A DNA stretch of 63,283 bases, filler included, from Octopus bimaculoides (taxonomy: Eukaryota), in NCBI RefSeq assembly GCF_001194135.2. It is 6 parts of 6 records of this genome, joined end to end, with 100 filler letters (N's around TTAATTAATTAA, not from the genome) between each part and the next. Parts side by side here need not be neighbours in the genome. Positions count along the whole stretch, not along the records: positions 22,789 to 30,098 come from NC_068981.1; positions 30,199 to 45,296 come from NC_068988.1; 4 more parts are not named here. One strand, written 5' to 3'. This document shows positions 23,190 to 36,099 of the stretch, in pieces (positions within the stretch are counted from its first letter, which is position 1; every line of letters begins with the position of its first letter). The position numbers and the translations under genes were made by a program. The notes under the pieces are model-generated. The model had not been told where the DNA came from. It saw only the letters and a list, made by a program, of their open reading frames with translations, and searched no databases.

Positions 23190-23362
23190 ATCTCTGTTTA
23201 TTTCCTTTTATTCCTTTCTGTCGAAGAGCATAGGCTCGAAGCATAAGTAGCGTAGGCTTGAAACGTAAAAGACTTTTCCACTTTTCCCGACCGTCAAACT
23301 AGTACACTTGCTTGTTGTTCCTATACTTGTCTTCGTTTTCTTTTTTCTATAAATTTGAACTA
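23190..23362 (+). mobile_element. Short TA-tailed Penelope-like repeat (family H2 carrier)
   Basis: Paralog of 16065-16232. Confidence 0.65.
23214..23271 (+). ncRNA. Hammerhead-like motif (family H2) with internal tandem duplication
   Basis: CTTT-CTGTCGA-A-GAGC-ATAG-GCTC-GAAG-CATAA, followed by a second unit GTAGCGTAGGCTT-GAAA-CG-TA-AAAG. Confidence 0.45.
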
Positions 23363-23734
23363 TATATATATATATATATATATATNNNNNNNNNNNNNNN
23401 NNNNNNNNNNNNNNNNNNNNNNNNNNNNNNNNNNNNNNNNNNNNNNNNNNNNNNNNNNNNNNNNNNNNNNNNNNNNNNNNNNNNNNNNNNNNNNNNNNNN
23501 NNNNNNNNNNNNNNNNNNNNNNNNNNNNNNNNNNNNNNNNNNNNNNNNNNNNNNNNNNNNNNNNNNNNNNNNNNNNNNNNNNNNNNNNNNNNNNNNNNNN
23601 NNNNNNNNNNNNNNNNNNNNNNNNNNNNNNNNNNNNNNNNNNNNNNNNNNNNNNNNNNNNNNNNNNNNNNNNNNNNNNNNNNNNNNNNNNNNNNNNNNNN
23701 NNNNNNNNNNNNNNNNNNNNNNNNNNNNNNNNNN

Positions 23735-23800
<66 letters not shown>

Positions 23801-24027
23801 ATTTCTATAAATATAAACAGACACATACATATATGCTTGCATATACATGTGTATATGTGTACATATGTAAGACAAAATCTTTATATACGTACAGCCATGA
23901 AATTAAATACTTCTAATATACTTCATTTCAATTATGCTTAATGGATAAAATTTTGGAGCATGCCATTAATTATGCATAAAGTATACATTATTATTGTGTT
24001 GAATTATAGTTGCCGCTGCTGCTGCGG

Positions 24028-24298
<271 letters not shown>

Positions 24299-24309
24299 CG
24301 TCAAGCGCA

Positions 24310-25330
24310 ATAGTACTTTATTGGTCACAAGGGCCGTAAAAAATATTTAGGACAATACAACGAGGAAGAAGAGTGAAGATTTAAATCAACATGTGTAAAC
24401 AATAAAAACAGTAACAACAAAAAAAAAACTGACACCATGCAGAGGAAAACTGCCTGTGCTTCCCGGGTAAAGTGGGGGAAGGATGATCTTCATGATGGAG
24501 TCAGCTGACAACCGGATCCGTCCTACATGCAATAGCACCTATTCAATATAACTCCACGAGTCAACAACGCTAGAGCACTTTACGAACGCGTGCAGAAATG
24601 TTTCGTTCCCCTTCCAGCATCTCGGGCAGCCTTTGCAGAGAGCACTACCATGTCAGTAGAAAGATTCCATAACAATTAATTGAGAACAACGAAGATTCCC
24701 CAATAAAGGAGGTACCATCAAGGGTAACCATGGACTCCCCCACCACCACACCACCGATCCTGGATCACCCAAAAGTTCTACAGTGAGGCGTCCGCCTTAT
24801 CTTCCGTTCTCTCCAAGTGACAGGCACAAGCTTAGAGCAAGTTCCCTCATCTGGGTCATCCTCGCTATATTTTCCCGCCTTTCAGCAAATTTTCTGAGTG
24901 CCAGTACTTCCTACATTAATTTTTTAATGTAACTTTTAAAAAATTAATGAGGACTTGGCCAAAGAGGAAAATGTCTGTCTTAAGTCCTTTCAGTTTCATC
25001 TACCACACATCGTATTTCGCTGTAACCGCCAGGCAGAGGAAAAGTGCTCGCATTTACCGGTCAAAACCTGCTGCTGGGAGGGTAGCCGACAAGTATCGAT
25101 CGCCAACCCTATCTCAAGCTCTCCATTGATTTACTCTGACCAAATCCCCATCAATACTATGTTCTTTCTGCGATGTATCGCTTGAGATGGATGTTTGTTT
25201 GTGGATCACTGACCAATATGCCAACGACAAACACCATGCTGGCCTACATCTTGCCAAAATCTTGAATTCTGCATTTACAAAAGCTACTGTCTGAGGTTTT
25301 CTAAATATCATTCCAATGATTAGAGCTGTT
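24310..25330 (-). mobile_element. Rearranged Tx1/L1-clade LINE ORF2 remnants with 3' end
   Basis: Minus strand: VNAEFKILA (RT region), LFLCLAVTAKYDVW*MKLKGLKTDIFLFGQ, CPRCWKGNETFLHAFVKC (zinc-finger-like), and AATAAA near 24325. Confidence 0.55.
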
Positions 25331-25404
25331 TATGATCGAAATGGGTGAAATGAAAAGCAATGACTTGATTTATTAAATATGAATATAACTCAGTTTTAAT
25401 ATAT

Positions 25405-25555
25405 AAGGCTAGCTGGCAGAAACGTCAGCAAAATCGACCTCGGTAGCATTTGCTTTTCATCCTTTCATAGTTGGTAAAATAAATACTAGATGAGTACTAG
25501 GGTCGATGTAATCGACTTATCCCTCCAACGAAATTGTTGGTCTTGTGCCATGTAT
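25405..25555 (+). mobile_element. SINE family A copy, deleted
   Basis: gctggcagaaacgt, tttcatcctttc, gggtcgatgtaatcgactt, ggtcttgtgcc. Confidence 0.7.
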
Positions 25556-27233
25556 GATAAGTAAATCTAAATATTACTTAGAAGAATTTCAAGAAACCCA
25601 GACTATGTAACATGAACAAGAATGGAGAATATCACATACTTACAGCACCAACGATCGTTTTTATTCTACCAGTACTTTTAGATGTAGAAAATAAAGTACA
25701 AAATACCAGTCCCTCCAATATATATATATATATANNNNNNNNNNNNNNNNNNNNNNNNNNNNNNNNNNNNNNNNNNNNNNNNNNNNNNNNNNNNNNNNNN
25801 NNNNNNNNNNNNNNNNNNNNNNNNNNNNNNNNNNNNNNNNNNNNNNNNNNNNNNNNNNNNNNNNNNNNNNNNNNNNNNNNNNNNNNNNNNNNNNNNNNNN
25901 NNNNNNNNNNNNNNNNNNNNNNNNNNNNNNNNNNNNNNNNNNNNNNNNNNNNNNNNNNNNNNNNNNNNNNNNNNNNNNNNNNNNNNNNNNNNNNNNNNNN
26001 NNNNNNNNNNNNNNNNNNNNNNNNNNNNNNNNNNNNNNNNNNNNNNNNNNNNNNNNNNNNNNNNNNNNNNNNNNNNNNNNNNNNNNNNNNNNNNNNNNNN
26101 NNNNNNNNNNNNNNNNNNNNNNNNNNNNNNNNNNNNNNNNNNNNNNNNNNNNNNNNNNNNNNNNNNNNNNNNNNNNNNNNNNNNNNNNNNNNNNNNNNNN
26201 NNNNNNNNNNNNNNNNNNNNNNNNNNNNNNNNNNNNNNNNNNNNNNNNNNNNNNNNNNNNNNNNNNNNNNNNNNNNNNNNNNNNNNNNNNNNNNNNNNNN
26301 NNNNNNNNNNNNNNNNNNNNNNNNNNNNNNNNNNNNNNNNNNNNNNNNNNNNNNNNNNNNNNNNNNNNNNNNNNNNNNNNNNNNNNNNNNNNNNNNNNNN
26401 NNNNNNNNATATATATATATATATATATACGTACACACATACGTATTATGTGACTTAATAAAGAACGAACCAGAAAAAAAAAACCAGACAAAAAGAAAAG
26501 AAGTTTTAAAATATCAATAACAAAATTATGAAATACTGAACGAAATTTTAGAAACATAAGGAAATATATTTTTTGTTTCCATAATTACATATTCATATAT
26601 TATTTGCACCAGAAATTCTATTTCGCTTCTTACTTCTCCCAGCGGTCTTTTGATTCGTTCTACTTCACACTAAAACATAGAAGGAGAGGAAAATAACAGG
26701 GTTAAAAATGAGATTTTGGGAAAAACTCCTCGCACCAACACCTCTTAGTCGTTGTATGTGTTACACCGTGACGCCTGGGTAATTTACACTTGTTATGCCT
26801 TGTCAACGAGGAAGACACTATACTGCTGCATGTCTGCTAGGCATAGCAGCTAAATCTCTCTCCTTTTTTCTTTCTCAAACTACATACTAAAGAGATCGAT
26901 TTATTGGATAACGTTTTAATTTGTTATACCGTTTATTCAATGTAGGAAGGGCAGTACACATAGCTCTGTATTTTTCCAGAGGCTCAGAAAGAGGGGAAGT
27001 TAATTTCTAAATGTTGGTATGGCCTGATTGCTTGCAACAGAATGAACTTCGCTAAAGACGCGCGAGGACTATGTAGTGATGTTAAACCGGGTGTCGGATG
27101 AATTCTATCATCCAAGAACGCAGAACTCAAAGGCCGAAACAAATACGGCAAAGACATCTGAAACGACGTTCTAACAACACTGCCAGATCACCTCTTTGGA
27201 CTGATTCTTAATTTTAGCGACAATAAGGAGAAA

Positions 27234-27310
27234 GGTGCCGCCCGGTCCGGTGATCGAACCCACTATCTAGCGATGTAAGTGCAACGACCTAACCACCAGG
27301 TCCCGCGTCT
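27234..27310 (-). mobile_element. Isolated tRNA-like SINE head
   Basis: Minus strand GGTGGTTAGG (A-box) ... GGGTTCGATCACCGGACCGGGCGG (B-box); similar to the head at 31028. Confidence 0.6.
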
Positions 27311-27449
27311 TCATAACCGTTGCTTTTCCTTCATTATTTCTTTTTCATAATATCGATCAATACTCATCTAACACTTTGTTCTGAAACATACGTACATTGA
27401 GTTCTACACCAGGTTATTCTACTTGCAATGCCTAAGCGAAATATATATA

Positions 27450-28682
27450 CAGGGGTTGGACAAAATAATGGAAACACCCAGCATCATAGCATCATAATTT
27501 TGAAATATTTATAAAACCGTTAAAAGCTCGTTTATTTATTTATTTATTTTTGTTATTATTAGTGTTGCTTAATATGTTTTGCTAAAATTGCTGTTTCTTT
27601 TCAGATATCAGAAAAAAGGTAATTAAAATTCATTAAAAGGCAGATCTATCGGACCTTCAAATAGGTCAAATTGTTGGTGCTCCTATGGTAGGCGCTAGTG
27701 TAACGAAAACAGCCGAAATGTTTGGTGTATCAAGAAGTACTGTCGTGAAAGTAATGACAGCCTTTAAGAAGGAGGGAAACACCTCCTCGTCGAAGCAAAA
27801 CTCCGGAAGAAAACCAAAACTTTCTGATAGGGGCCGTCGGACTCTTACGCAAATTGTTAGAAAGAATAACAAAAGTACAGCTCCCAAAATNNNNNNNNNN
27901 NNNNNNNNNNNNNNNNNNNNNNNNNNNNNNNNNNNNNNNNNNNNNNNNNNNNNNNNNNNNNNNNNNNNNNNNNNNNNNNNNNNNNNNNNNNNNNNNNNNN
28001 NNNNNNNNNNNNNNNNNNNNNNNNNNNNNNNNNNNNNNNNNNNNNNNNNNNNNNNNNNNNNNNNNNNCACTACTTTCAAAAACAAACGTTGCAAAGCGTT
28101 TAGAGTGGAGTAAAAACCTACAGAATTGATCCATAGAACAGTGGAAGAATGTTATTTTCTCGGACGAGTCATCCATTACCGTATTTTCGACCACCGGCCG
28201 AATATACGTGTGGAAACAGCCAAAAGAAGCATTTGACCCAGTCTGCCTTCTTCCAACTGTTAAACATGGAGCAGGATCTGTGATGATTTGGTGGGGATAT
28301 ATCTTGGAAATCCGCCGGCCCATTGGTTTCCCTTCATGGCAGACTATTTAAGCATTTTACCTGATCAAATTAATCCCATGGTTGCGGAACTGTTTCCGGT
28401 GGGAAACGCAATCTTTCAGGATGATAATGCCCCAATTCACACAGCTAAAGTTGTTACTGAATGGCACGAGCAACATTCTAGTGAAGTTGAACATCTTATC
28501 TGGTCACCACAGTCCCGAGATCTCAATATTATTGAACATTTACGGTGCGTTTTAGAAAAACAAGTAAGGAGTCGATATCATCCACCATCATCACTACAAG
28601 AACTGGAGACTGTTTTAGCTGAAGAATGGACAAAAATTCTTTTGGAAACAATTCAAACTTCGTACGAGTCCACACCTCGTAG
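27450..28682 (+). mobile_element. Tc1-family DD34E transposon, defective, right TIR missing
   Basis: TA + CAGGGGTTGGACAAAATAATGGAAACAC left TIR; HTH region TKTAEMFGVSRSTV...SGRKPKLSDRGRR; catalytic motifs VIFSDES, FQDDNAPIHTAK, SRDLNIIEH; stops and frameshifts. Confidence 0.9.
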
Positions 28683-28705
28683 ATATATATATATATATAT
28701 ATATA

Positions 28706-28860
28706 CGACAGGCTTTTTTCAGTTTCCGTCTACCAAATCCACTCACAAGTCTTTGGTCGGCCTGAAGCTACAGTAGAAGACACTTGCACAAGGTGCCACG
28801 CTGTGGAACTGAACCTAGGACCATGCGGTTGGGAAGCAAGCTTCTTACCACACAGCCACA
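28706..28860 (-). mobile_element. SINE family B, 5' half (tRNA head + CORE-like segment)
   Basis: Minus strand GGCTGTGTGGTAAGAAGCTTGCTTCCCAACC...CACCTTGTGCAAGTGTCTTCTAC; matches the copy at 47158-47603. Confidence 0.85.
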
Positions 28861-28926
28861 GGGTTAAGGGTTTTAGAGTTAAGATTTAGGTTAGATTTTG
28901 GGATTAGGGTTTCGGGTTAGGGTTAA
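28861..28926 (+). repeat. Degenerate (TTAGGG)n-like tract
   Basis: gggttaagggttttagagttaagatttaggttagattttgggattagggtttcgggttagggtta. Confidence 0.6.
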
Positions 28927-29340
28927 AGCCGGAACTTGTACTTCATTGCAATTTTTAATTGTAAACATTAATTTATTGATTTCTTTTATATTCTTTTATT
29001 AAATATTTTCTCCTAGAATGTTTTGCAACCTTTTTATAACGAGATTCTCAAGAAGTAAGTCGTGATTACCGATATGTCGCGTCTGAAAAGAAGAACCCAT
29101 CCCACGGTGCTTTGTTGAACGTCACTACAGTACAATTCGTAACTACACACCCATGCTTGCACTCAATCTCTAATGGCGATTCACTTCTTTCAACAAGGGA
29201 TTTCTTGAAAATTGATTTATATCCTGTTCAAACAAATTCAAGAATAGACTTATTAGAGATATCAGGCAAACCTTAAAGCTTAACCGCTTTTCTTATGTAT
29301 AGATAGGAGACGTCGTGGAAAACTTACAGCATAAGAACTA

Positions 29341-30098
29341 GGAGATGCAGGCGTGGTTGTGATGAGAAGCTTACTTCACAACTACACGGTTCCGGATCCA
29401 GTCCAACTGCGTAGCATCTTGGGTAAATGTCATGTGCCTGGAGCCAACCAAAATCTTGTGTGTGGATGTGGTTGACGGAAACTGAAAGCACTCACACACA
29501 CACACACACGTATATATGTGTGCGTGTGTATGTATCTNNNNNNNNNNATATATATATATATATATATGTACACACACACATGTTTGCACAAATGTATTTA
29601 TGCGTGTCTTTGTATTTGTATTTATCCCACCTGACAACCGGTGCTGGTTTGTTTACGCCCCTGTAATTTAGTGGTTCGGTAGAGCAAGTACCGGGCTAAA
29701 AGAAAGAGTACTGGTGTTGAAAGCGGTGTCTGTACACGACCACAGCCTAATGACGGAAACAAATGAAAGACAACAGAAAGATATACAGGCGCAGAGTTTA
29801 CTTTCCAACCACATGGAACCGGGTTCAGTCCCACTGCATGGCACCTTGGGTAAATGTCTTCTACTATAGCCTCGGGCCGACCAAAGCCTTGTGGGTGGAT
29901 TTGGTAGACGGAAACTGAAAGAAGCCCGCCGTGTGTGTGTGTGTGTGTGTGTATGTGTGTGTGTGTGTACATTTATGTATATATTTATGCGTATTTGTAT
30001 ATGTTTTAGTGTCTGTGTTTGTCCCTCCACTATTGCATTATAACCGAAGTTGGTGTATTTCCGTAAGCTAGCGGTTCGGCACAACAGACAGATAGAAT
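29341..30098 (+). mobile_element. Two tandem SINE family B copies with internal (TG)n/(TA)n tracts
   Basis: Heads at about 29341 and 29786; shared gacggaaactgaaag and gcggttcgg motifs. Confidence 0.8.
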
Positions 30099-30407
30099 NN
30101 NNNNNNNNNNNNNNNNNNNNNNNNNNNNNNNNNNNNNNNNNNTTAATTAATTAANNNNNNNNNNNNNNNNNNNNNNNNNNNNNNNNNNNNNNNNNNNNGT
30201 CAGTGATGTCAAAGAACCAATTATATATTATGCATAAGTGTTCCATTTGATGGAACGATGGCAGGTTCTGCGAGAGAGATGTTTCACAATATTGTCACGA
30301 TATTACTTACAGTTTTAATACCTTTTTTTTTACTTTGTTATTGTTGTTGTTGTTGTTCTTCTTGTACTTCTTGTTCTTGTTCTTGCCGTTGTTGTTGTTC
30401 TTCTTCG

Positions 30408-30473
<66 letters not shown>

Positions 30474-30489
30474 CATCATAAAGAAAAAA

Positions 30490-31025
30490 CTAACACTATT
30501 TCCGGCACTCTACGTTCTGGAATGAATTCCTACCAAGGTCAAATTTGCCTTTGGGGCCGATGCTATCGACTAAAATCTTGTCCACAAATTGCTTACCTCA
30601 ATTTGAAACAAATATTATTAGTAGTAAGGCGGCGAGCTGGCAGAAACGTTCGCACCACGGACAAAATGCCTGGCGGCATTTCGTCCTAGGTTCATGTTTC
30701 TCCGAGGTCGACTTTATCTTTCACTCATTCGGAGTCGATTGGTTTCAATGTAATCGACTTTCTCCCCTAAAAATATGCTGGCGCTGCGCCGAAATCTGAA
30801 ACCTTTCAAATGTGGTGTCCTGGCAGAATCGTTAATATGCTGGACAGAATGTTTAACGGTGTTTCGTTCGGCTTTACGTTCTGAGTTCAAATTCCATCGA
30901 AGTCGACTTTGACTTCCATCCCTTTCGGGGTCGATGAAATAAGTACCAGTCGACCACTGGTGTCAATGTAGTCAAGTTACTCTCTTCTCCACAATGTCAG
31001 TTTTTTGCCTATAGTAGAAAGGACT
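30490..31025 (+). mobile_element. Three tandem SINE family A copies
   Basis: Units near 30490, 30626 (ggcggcgagctggcagaa) and 30812 (ctgagttcaaattcc, cctttcggggtcgat). Confidence 0.75.
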
Positions 31026-31027
31026 GT

Positions 31028-31242
31028 GATTAGGGTATTGAACTCACGATTGCGAGATCGTGAGTTCAATTCCTAGACTGGGTGGTGCGTTGTATTCTTG
31101 AGCAAAATACTTCATTTCCTGTTGCTCAGCAATCACTTCTATACTTGACATGAAACGAACATTTGATCACTATATACAAATCATTTGTGCAGGTCATTCG
31201 GTAAAAGTTGAACGTTCATACGTCGTCTTCCTCGGGAGAGTC
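31028..31242 (+). mobile_element. CORE-SINE-like element with (ATT)n tail
   Basis: B-box gagttcaattcc followed by gcgttgtattcttgagcaaaatacttcatttc..gttgctc (CORE-like); (ATT)n at 31243-31309. Confidence 0.55.
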
Positions 31243-31309
<67 letters not shown>

Positions 31310-32080
31310 GGTGCTAGACGTGGAATCCATGCCGAAGCATCATTGGTGAGATTTAGAAAAAAATTTGCTTTCTTTTACGTTTCCATCCCTGAAATTGAAG
31401 TCATTGTTTAATGGCTATATCTAAGTTTCGTATAAAAAGTATCTTCTCGTTTCAATCTTGGAACGAGCGCTGTCTTTTCATGAAATATTTATTTTTCAAA
31501 CAAGAGAACTGATTGCTGGAGAATGTCTTTATTTCTCCTGTTACCTCATGTGAGGATGACCTCAGCAATAGTAGCTAACTAGCGAGTATTCCATGTGACA
31601 CAGTAACCGCACTAACAGCACTAAAGTAAATCTCAGGCATCAACATGAACCATGTTAACGCTAGTAATAACAACAGCAAATGAAAGAGTGGAAATCGTAA
31701 CAATAACTGTGGCTCTTACAGCAGCAGCAACGGTGACGAAAATAACAGCAGCAACAACCACAACAGCAGTGGCTACCATCAAGAATATCAAGGAAAACAA
31801 CAGCAACAAAACCAACAAGGACCTCAGTAACAGCATAAACAACGATAAATCATCCTTCGTTGTCACAGACCAGTAGAAAAAGCTGACGCAGTTGATAAAA
31901 ATATCTTAAACCGATGTCGTTATCCCTGAGTGCATCAATTGCACAGGCAGGAAGCCACAATACCCGTCCCTCGCCGGAATCAAGAAATGTCTGAAAGAGA
32001 TGTGGCCTTTCGTAGTGTACACAACCAGAGGAAAGCAACATGTGACCGTGGCAGTTAAATTCGACTGCGAATCAGAAGCT

Positions 32081-32173
32081 CATGCAGGGTCGTTTGCTCA
32101 CAATCAACATTCATACAGATTCGTTTGCTTACAAGCAACATTCATACAGGGTCGCTTGGTCACAATCAACCAC
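32081..32173 (+). repeat. Three tandem 31-bp repeats
   Basis: catgcagggtcgtttgctcacaatcaacatt / catacagattcgtttgcttacaagcaacatt / catacagggtcgcttggtcacaatcaaccac. Confidence 0.85.
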
Positions 32174-32204
32174 AAAATATGTTCAAATGTGTTCGTTGTT
32201 TGAG

Positions 32205-32400
32205 AGACTCGGTGGGGATGGGGAATATTACCCTACTCAATAACAAGCAAAAGTTGGCAATAGAAAAAGCATCAGGGCTGTAGAGAAAAAAAATCTACAT
32301 TTACAAATATCGTCTGACCCATGAAAGCATAGAAACGTATACGTTAAAAGTGTAATGATGACGACGGTGTTGGTGGTGGTGATGATGAGGATGAGGATGA
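32205..32400 (+). mobile_element. 3' part of a (GAT)n-tailed SINE (family C)
   Basis: ctgacccatgaaagcatagaaacgtatacgttaa matches cgacccatagaagcatggaaaagtggacgttaa at about 38515. Confidence 0.55.
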
Positions 32401-32949
32401 TGCTGTAAAGTTACGCTATTTTTTATCCACTGTAAATATCTTCACTAGTGTGGACATTTTACCTTCGGTATAAATATTTTGCCCAGTTTTTCCATTATCT
32501 CTTCCTCTGTAAATAATTACAAACACACACAAAATAAAACCAAATAAAATAGTAACATGTTGACAGCCTTACACTTCTCAAAACATATTTGCTAAATGAT
32601 AACTCTCCATCTTCGTCCTCAAGCAGAACTAACAGAAAAAAAGGAAAAAGAAAACAGAAAAAAAAAAAAAATAAGGGGAAAAAAGAAACAAGACAACCGA
32701 TAGCATTAAAGAAAGAAATGACATAAACGTATAAAAATAAGATGAACACATTAGAAAAACATAACTAGGTGAGCAATAAATAACATTTTATTTCGTCAGA
32801 ATGGTGACCAGCTCTACCACCATATCGTTTTCATCAATGCTACCAATATTCGCATCATCATCCATCATCATCATAATCAAATTCAGCTTCAATATATAAA
32901 TATATATGGTCACCATGGTCCTTGAAAATCGTTAATGTGCGGGATACCT

Positions 32950-33026
32950 AATCCCTCCTCCTCTTCCTCCTCCTCCTCCTCCTCCTCATCCTCCTCCTCC
33001 TCACCACCACCACCACCACCACCACC

Positions 33027-33057
<31 letters not shown>

Positions 33058-33254
33058 TCGTCATCATCATCATCATCTTCATCATCATTATCATCATCAT
33101 CATCATTCTTGTCGTCGTCATATCGATTTCTTTACGTGCAAAAACCACATCGCAATCTTCATTATCGATGGAATTATCGCCATCATCACCATCATCACCA
33201 TCATCGTCGTCGTCGTCGTCGTCATCGCCGTCGTCGTCATCGCCGTCGTCGTCA

Positions 33255-33285
<31 letters not shown>

Positions 33286-33480
33286 CATCATAGTTATCAT
33301 CATGGCTCACACCACCTTCACCGCCATCCTTCCAAAGACGATTATTGTCATCCACCTTATAGCTATTATCCTCATCCCCCCATTTTCCTCCTCGTCATCC
33401 CCCTCCTTCTCATCATTATCGTCGTCGTTGTCATTATCTCCAATACTAAAAACTCCACCATCCTCATCAGCTATCATCCC
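32950..33480. repeat. Large compound trinucleotide array (TCC)n(ACC)n(ATC)n(GTC)n
   Basis: Directly visible; produces poly-S/P/H/R/D ORFs. Confidence 0.95.
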
Positions 33481-35114
33481 ATTTAGTTGTTTATGTTCTT
33501 GAGATTGCAATCTGAGTTGTCATTGAAATTGTCAAATATTGTACTAATTTGTTTCTTGTTAATTTTAATATTTCATCACATTTAATTTCTTCCATTTTTT
33601 CTTCTTTCATTTTATGTTATTATCATTATTATTATTATTATTACTTCTTTTTTTACTTATTTATTTTAAGTTTATCTTTCGTTGGTGGTCGGTTCGTTGT
33701 TTGTTTGGCTCCATCTGACAAGAATAAATCATAATGATAACTGAAAAGTCTAATGGTTTTTAATTATGCCTGCTGAACAAGACACTCCATTATCTGTGAG
33801 ACAATAATAGTAGTAGTAATAATAATAATAACAACAACAAGAACGATAATAACAAAAACAACAACAGGAGCTACAATAATAATAGTAATAATAATGATAT
33901 GTCAGTTAAGCAGAAAATAAGCAGGAGAAGATGTCAGGGAGCAGAAGATAATTTATCAATTTATAAAACACTTTTAAGAAATTAACATTAAAAAAAAATT
34001 ATTTAACTAAGAAGGATGGGCCTAGTCCAGAGTTTTTAAGTCCTTATCAATGGATGATAAAGTTGATGTTGATTTTTTAAGCTTGCGATTCTCTTATTGA
34101 TGCCTGCACAGGAAAACATCAAGCCTGGTCAAGAATGGATTTCAATAAAGTTGTATCCATGTAGGGATGGAAAGTGAAAGTAAAATGATGATAGTAATTA
34201 TTTCTAAGATCGACGCATTGCCTGAAATTTTAAAGGGTTAAGTCAATTGAATTGACCCCAGTAGTTTGGTTGTCCTTTTTCTTTTTCTTTTATTGTCCAT
34301 CGGTATTACTCATCTCTGCTGTACCTGGGCTGCTTCCGGAAGCAAATGCCCATCCTCAAGTATACTTACCACCACTCGCCTCATGTATACATCACTAAAT
34401 AAAGATGAGTCTGTGCATAGCTGCCTTAGGGTTCCTCCCACCAGATTTTCTCTGGGGTTTCACTTCCAATAAATTTTTTAAACACAAAATTAATTACTCC
34501 ACAAGAGATCAGTGGTTTATCGTTATAGCGGACATAGTTGTTTGTACAAAACCAGTCCCACTCTCTAGTCCTTGAAACATATATTATGCGGTGCAACAAT
34601 TGTCATGCGAGCAGTAGTTATCAGAATTCAGGACTCTACGTAGTTACCTTCTCTTAGATGAGCAGCTATGAGCGGAAGGCCTAATCTCTTCCGAGTCTGT
34701 TGGGGTTTGTGAGTGTTCTGGGGGAAATTCTGTGATATGCTAGTTAAACCATATTTGGGACCCAGAAAGATGCTACCACTCCGGATCAGAGTAGACATGG
34801 GAACAATAGTGGCTAAGAGTGGGTTTCACACCCCTCAAAGCACTGGTAGTTTATTTTATTGCCTACCCTCACCACCAAAGGACGACAAGCAAATTTGATC
34901 TTAGCAGGATTGGGAGGAATAGAGCTCAGAGCAAAGCGACCAAGAACAATTCTTAACAACTTACTGCCTTACAGTTCTGTTAAACCTATTATCTAATATC
35001 TACCGGCGTTAGAACTGTACATGATAAATGATAATAAAAAAGAGAAAAACAAGTGGGACAATAATACCTTCGGCAAAACTCCTCCTCTTGTGTATTTACG
35101 TGTTACTGTTCATT

Positions 35115-35176
<62 letters not shown>

Positions 35177-35429
35177 TTTGTGTGTGTGTGTGTGTGTGAA
35201 CTATATCAGCTGATGAAATTTTCATCAGCGGCTGCGGATGGCACTTCTGTATTACGTGATTTCAATAGTAAATTGCATCACCTGTGTTTTTTTTTTTTTT
35301 GGTATTTATCATCTGCACGAGATGACTTTTCAGGACGTTCACTGCAGTCTAATGCGTTCTAAACAACACGTCCAGTTTAGTTTGAATGTTCTAATTACTA
35401 TATATATGTGTTTGTGTATGTATGCGTAA

Positions 35430-35478
<49 letters not shown>

Positions 35479-36099
35479 TGTGTCTGTGTGTGTGGGCGTG
35501 CGAGTGTGTGTGTGCGACAATAGTAATAATTATTTGTGCTATCGGCACAACGCCTGAAAGTTTTTTTATGGAGAGGCGGCTCATCGTTTACATCGACCCC
35601 AGTTCTCTAAATGAATGTTATGTAAGAGATATTTCATTCAGTGTTACTTTTAGCAGTTCGGTTATTTACCTAGAGGTTCCCTCACTCTGGTGGACTGCCG
35701 TGACAGGATGTTCAATATACACATTTGAACATTTTTGTTTATGCCAAGAAGAAAACATTGCCTCCGCTAAATCTCTCAAAAGTGAAAACCTTTGGTGTCT
35801 GATATCGAAAAAGGGATGCCTCTTAGAGATTGTTATACCTGTGTAACGTATTTCACAAACTTACAACCAGTATACTCTAAAATGGAAATGATTGCTGTGA
35901 GTAATTGTTTCATTAGTGGTGGATTAGCATTTGTTAGTTCACTAATTCATGCCCTGTATATGATTGTTTCAGTAGCAGATGCATTTTATGTGCTTATTGG
36001 TTTACTTGTTTGTACTGAGATGTAACTAAAGTCAAGATCTTTAGTAGAATTATTAACCCTATTCTTTACAAAGTCTTGGTTACGTGCTGATTTGCAGAG

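Noticed and set aside
25612-26557. Long ORFs of 200-300 aa (also at 23312, 48602, 57242 and 58919)
   Set aside because: They are open only because N runs contain no stop codons.
35209-35229. GCTGATGAAA-T-TTTCATCAGC palindrome containing CTGATGA
   Set aside because: It is only a 10-bp hairpin with no hammerhead stem architecture; compatible with chance.
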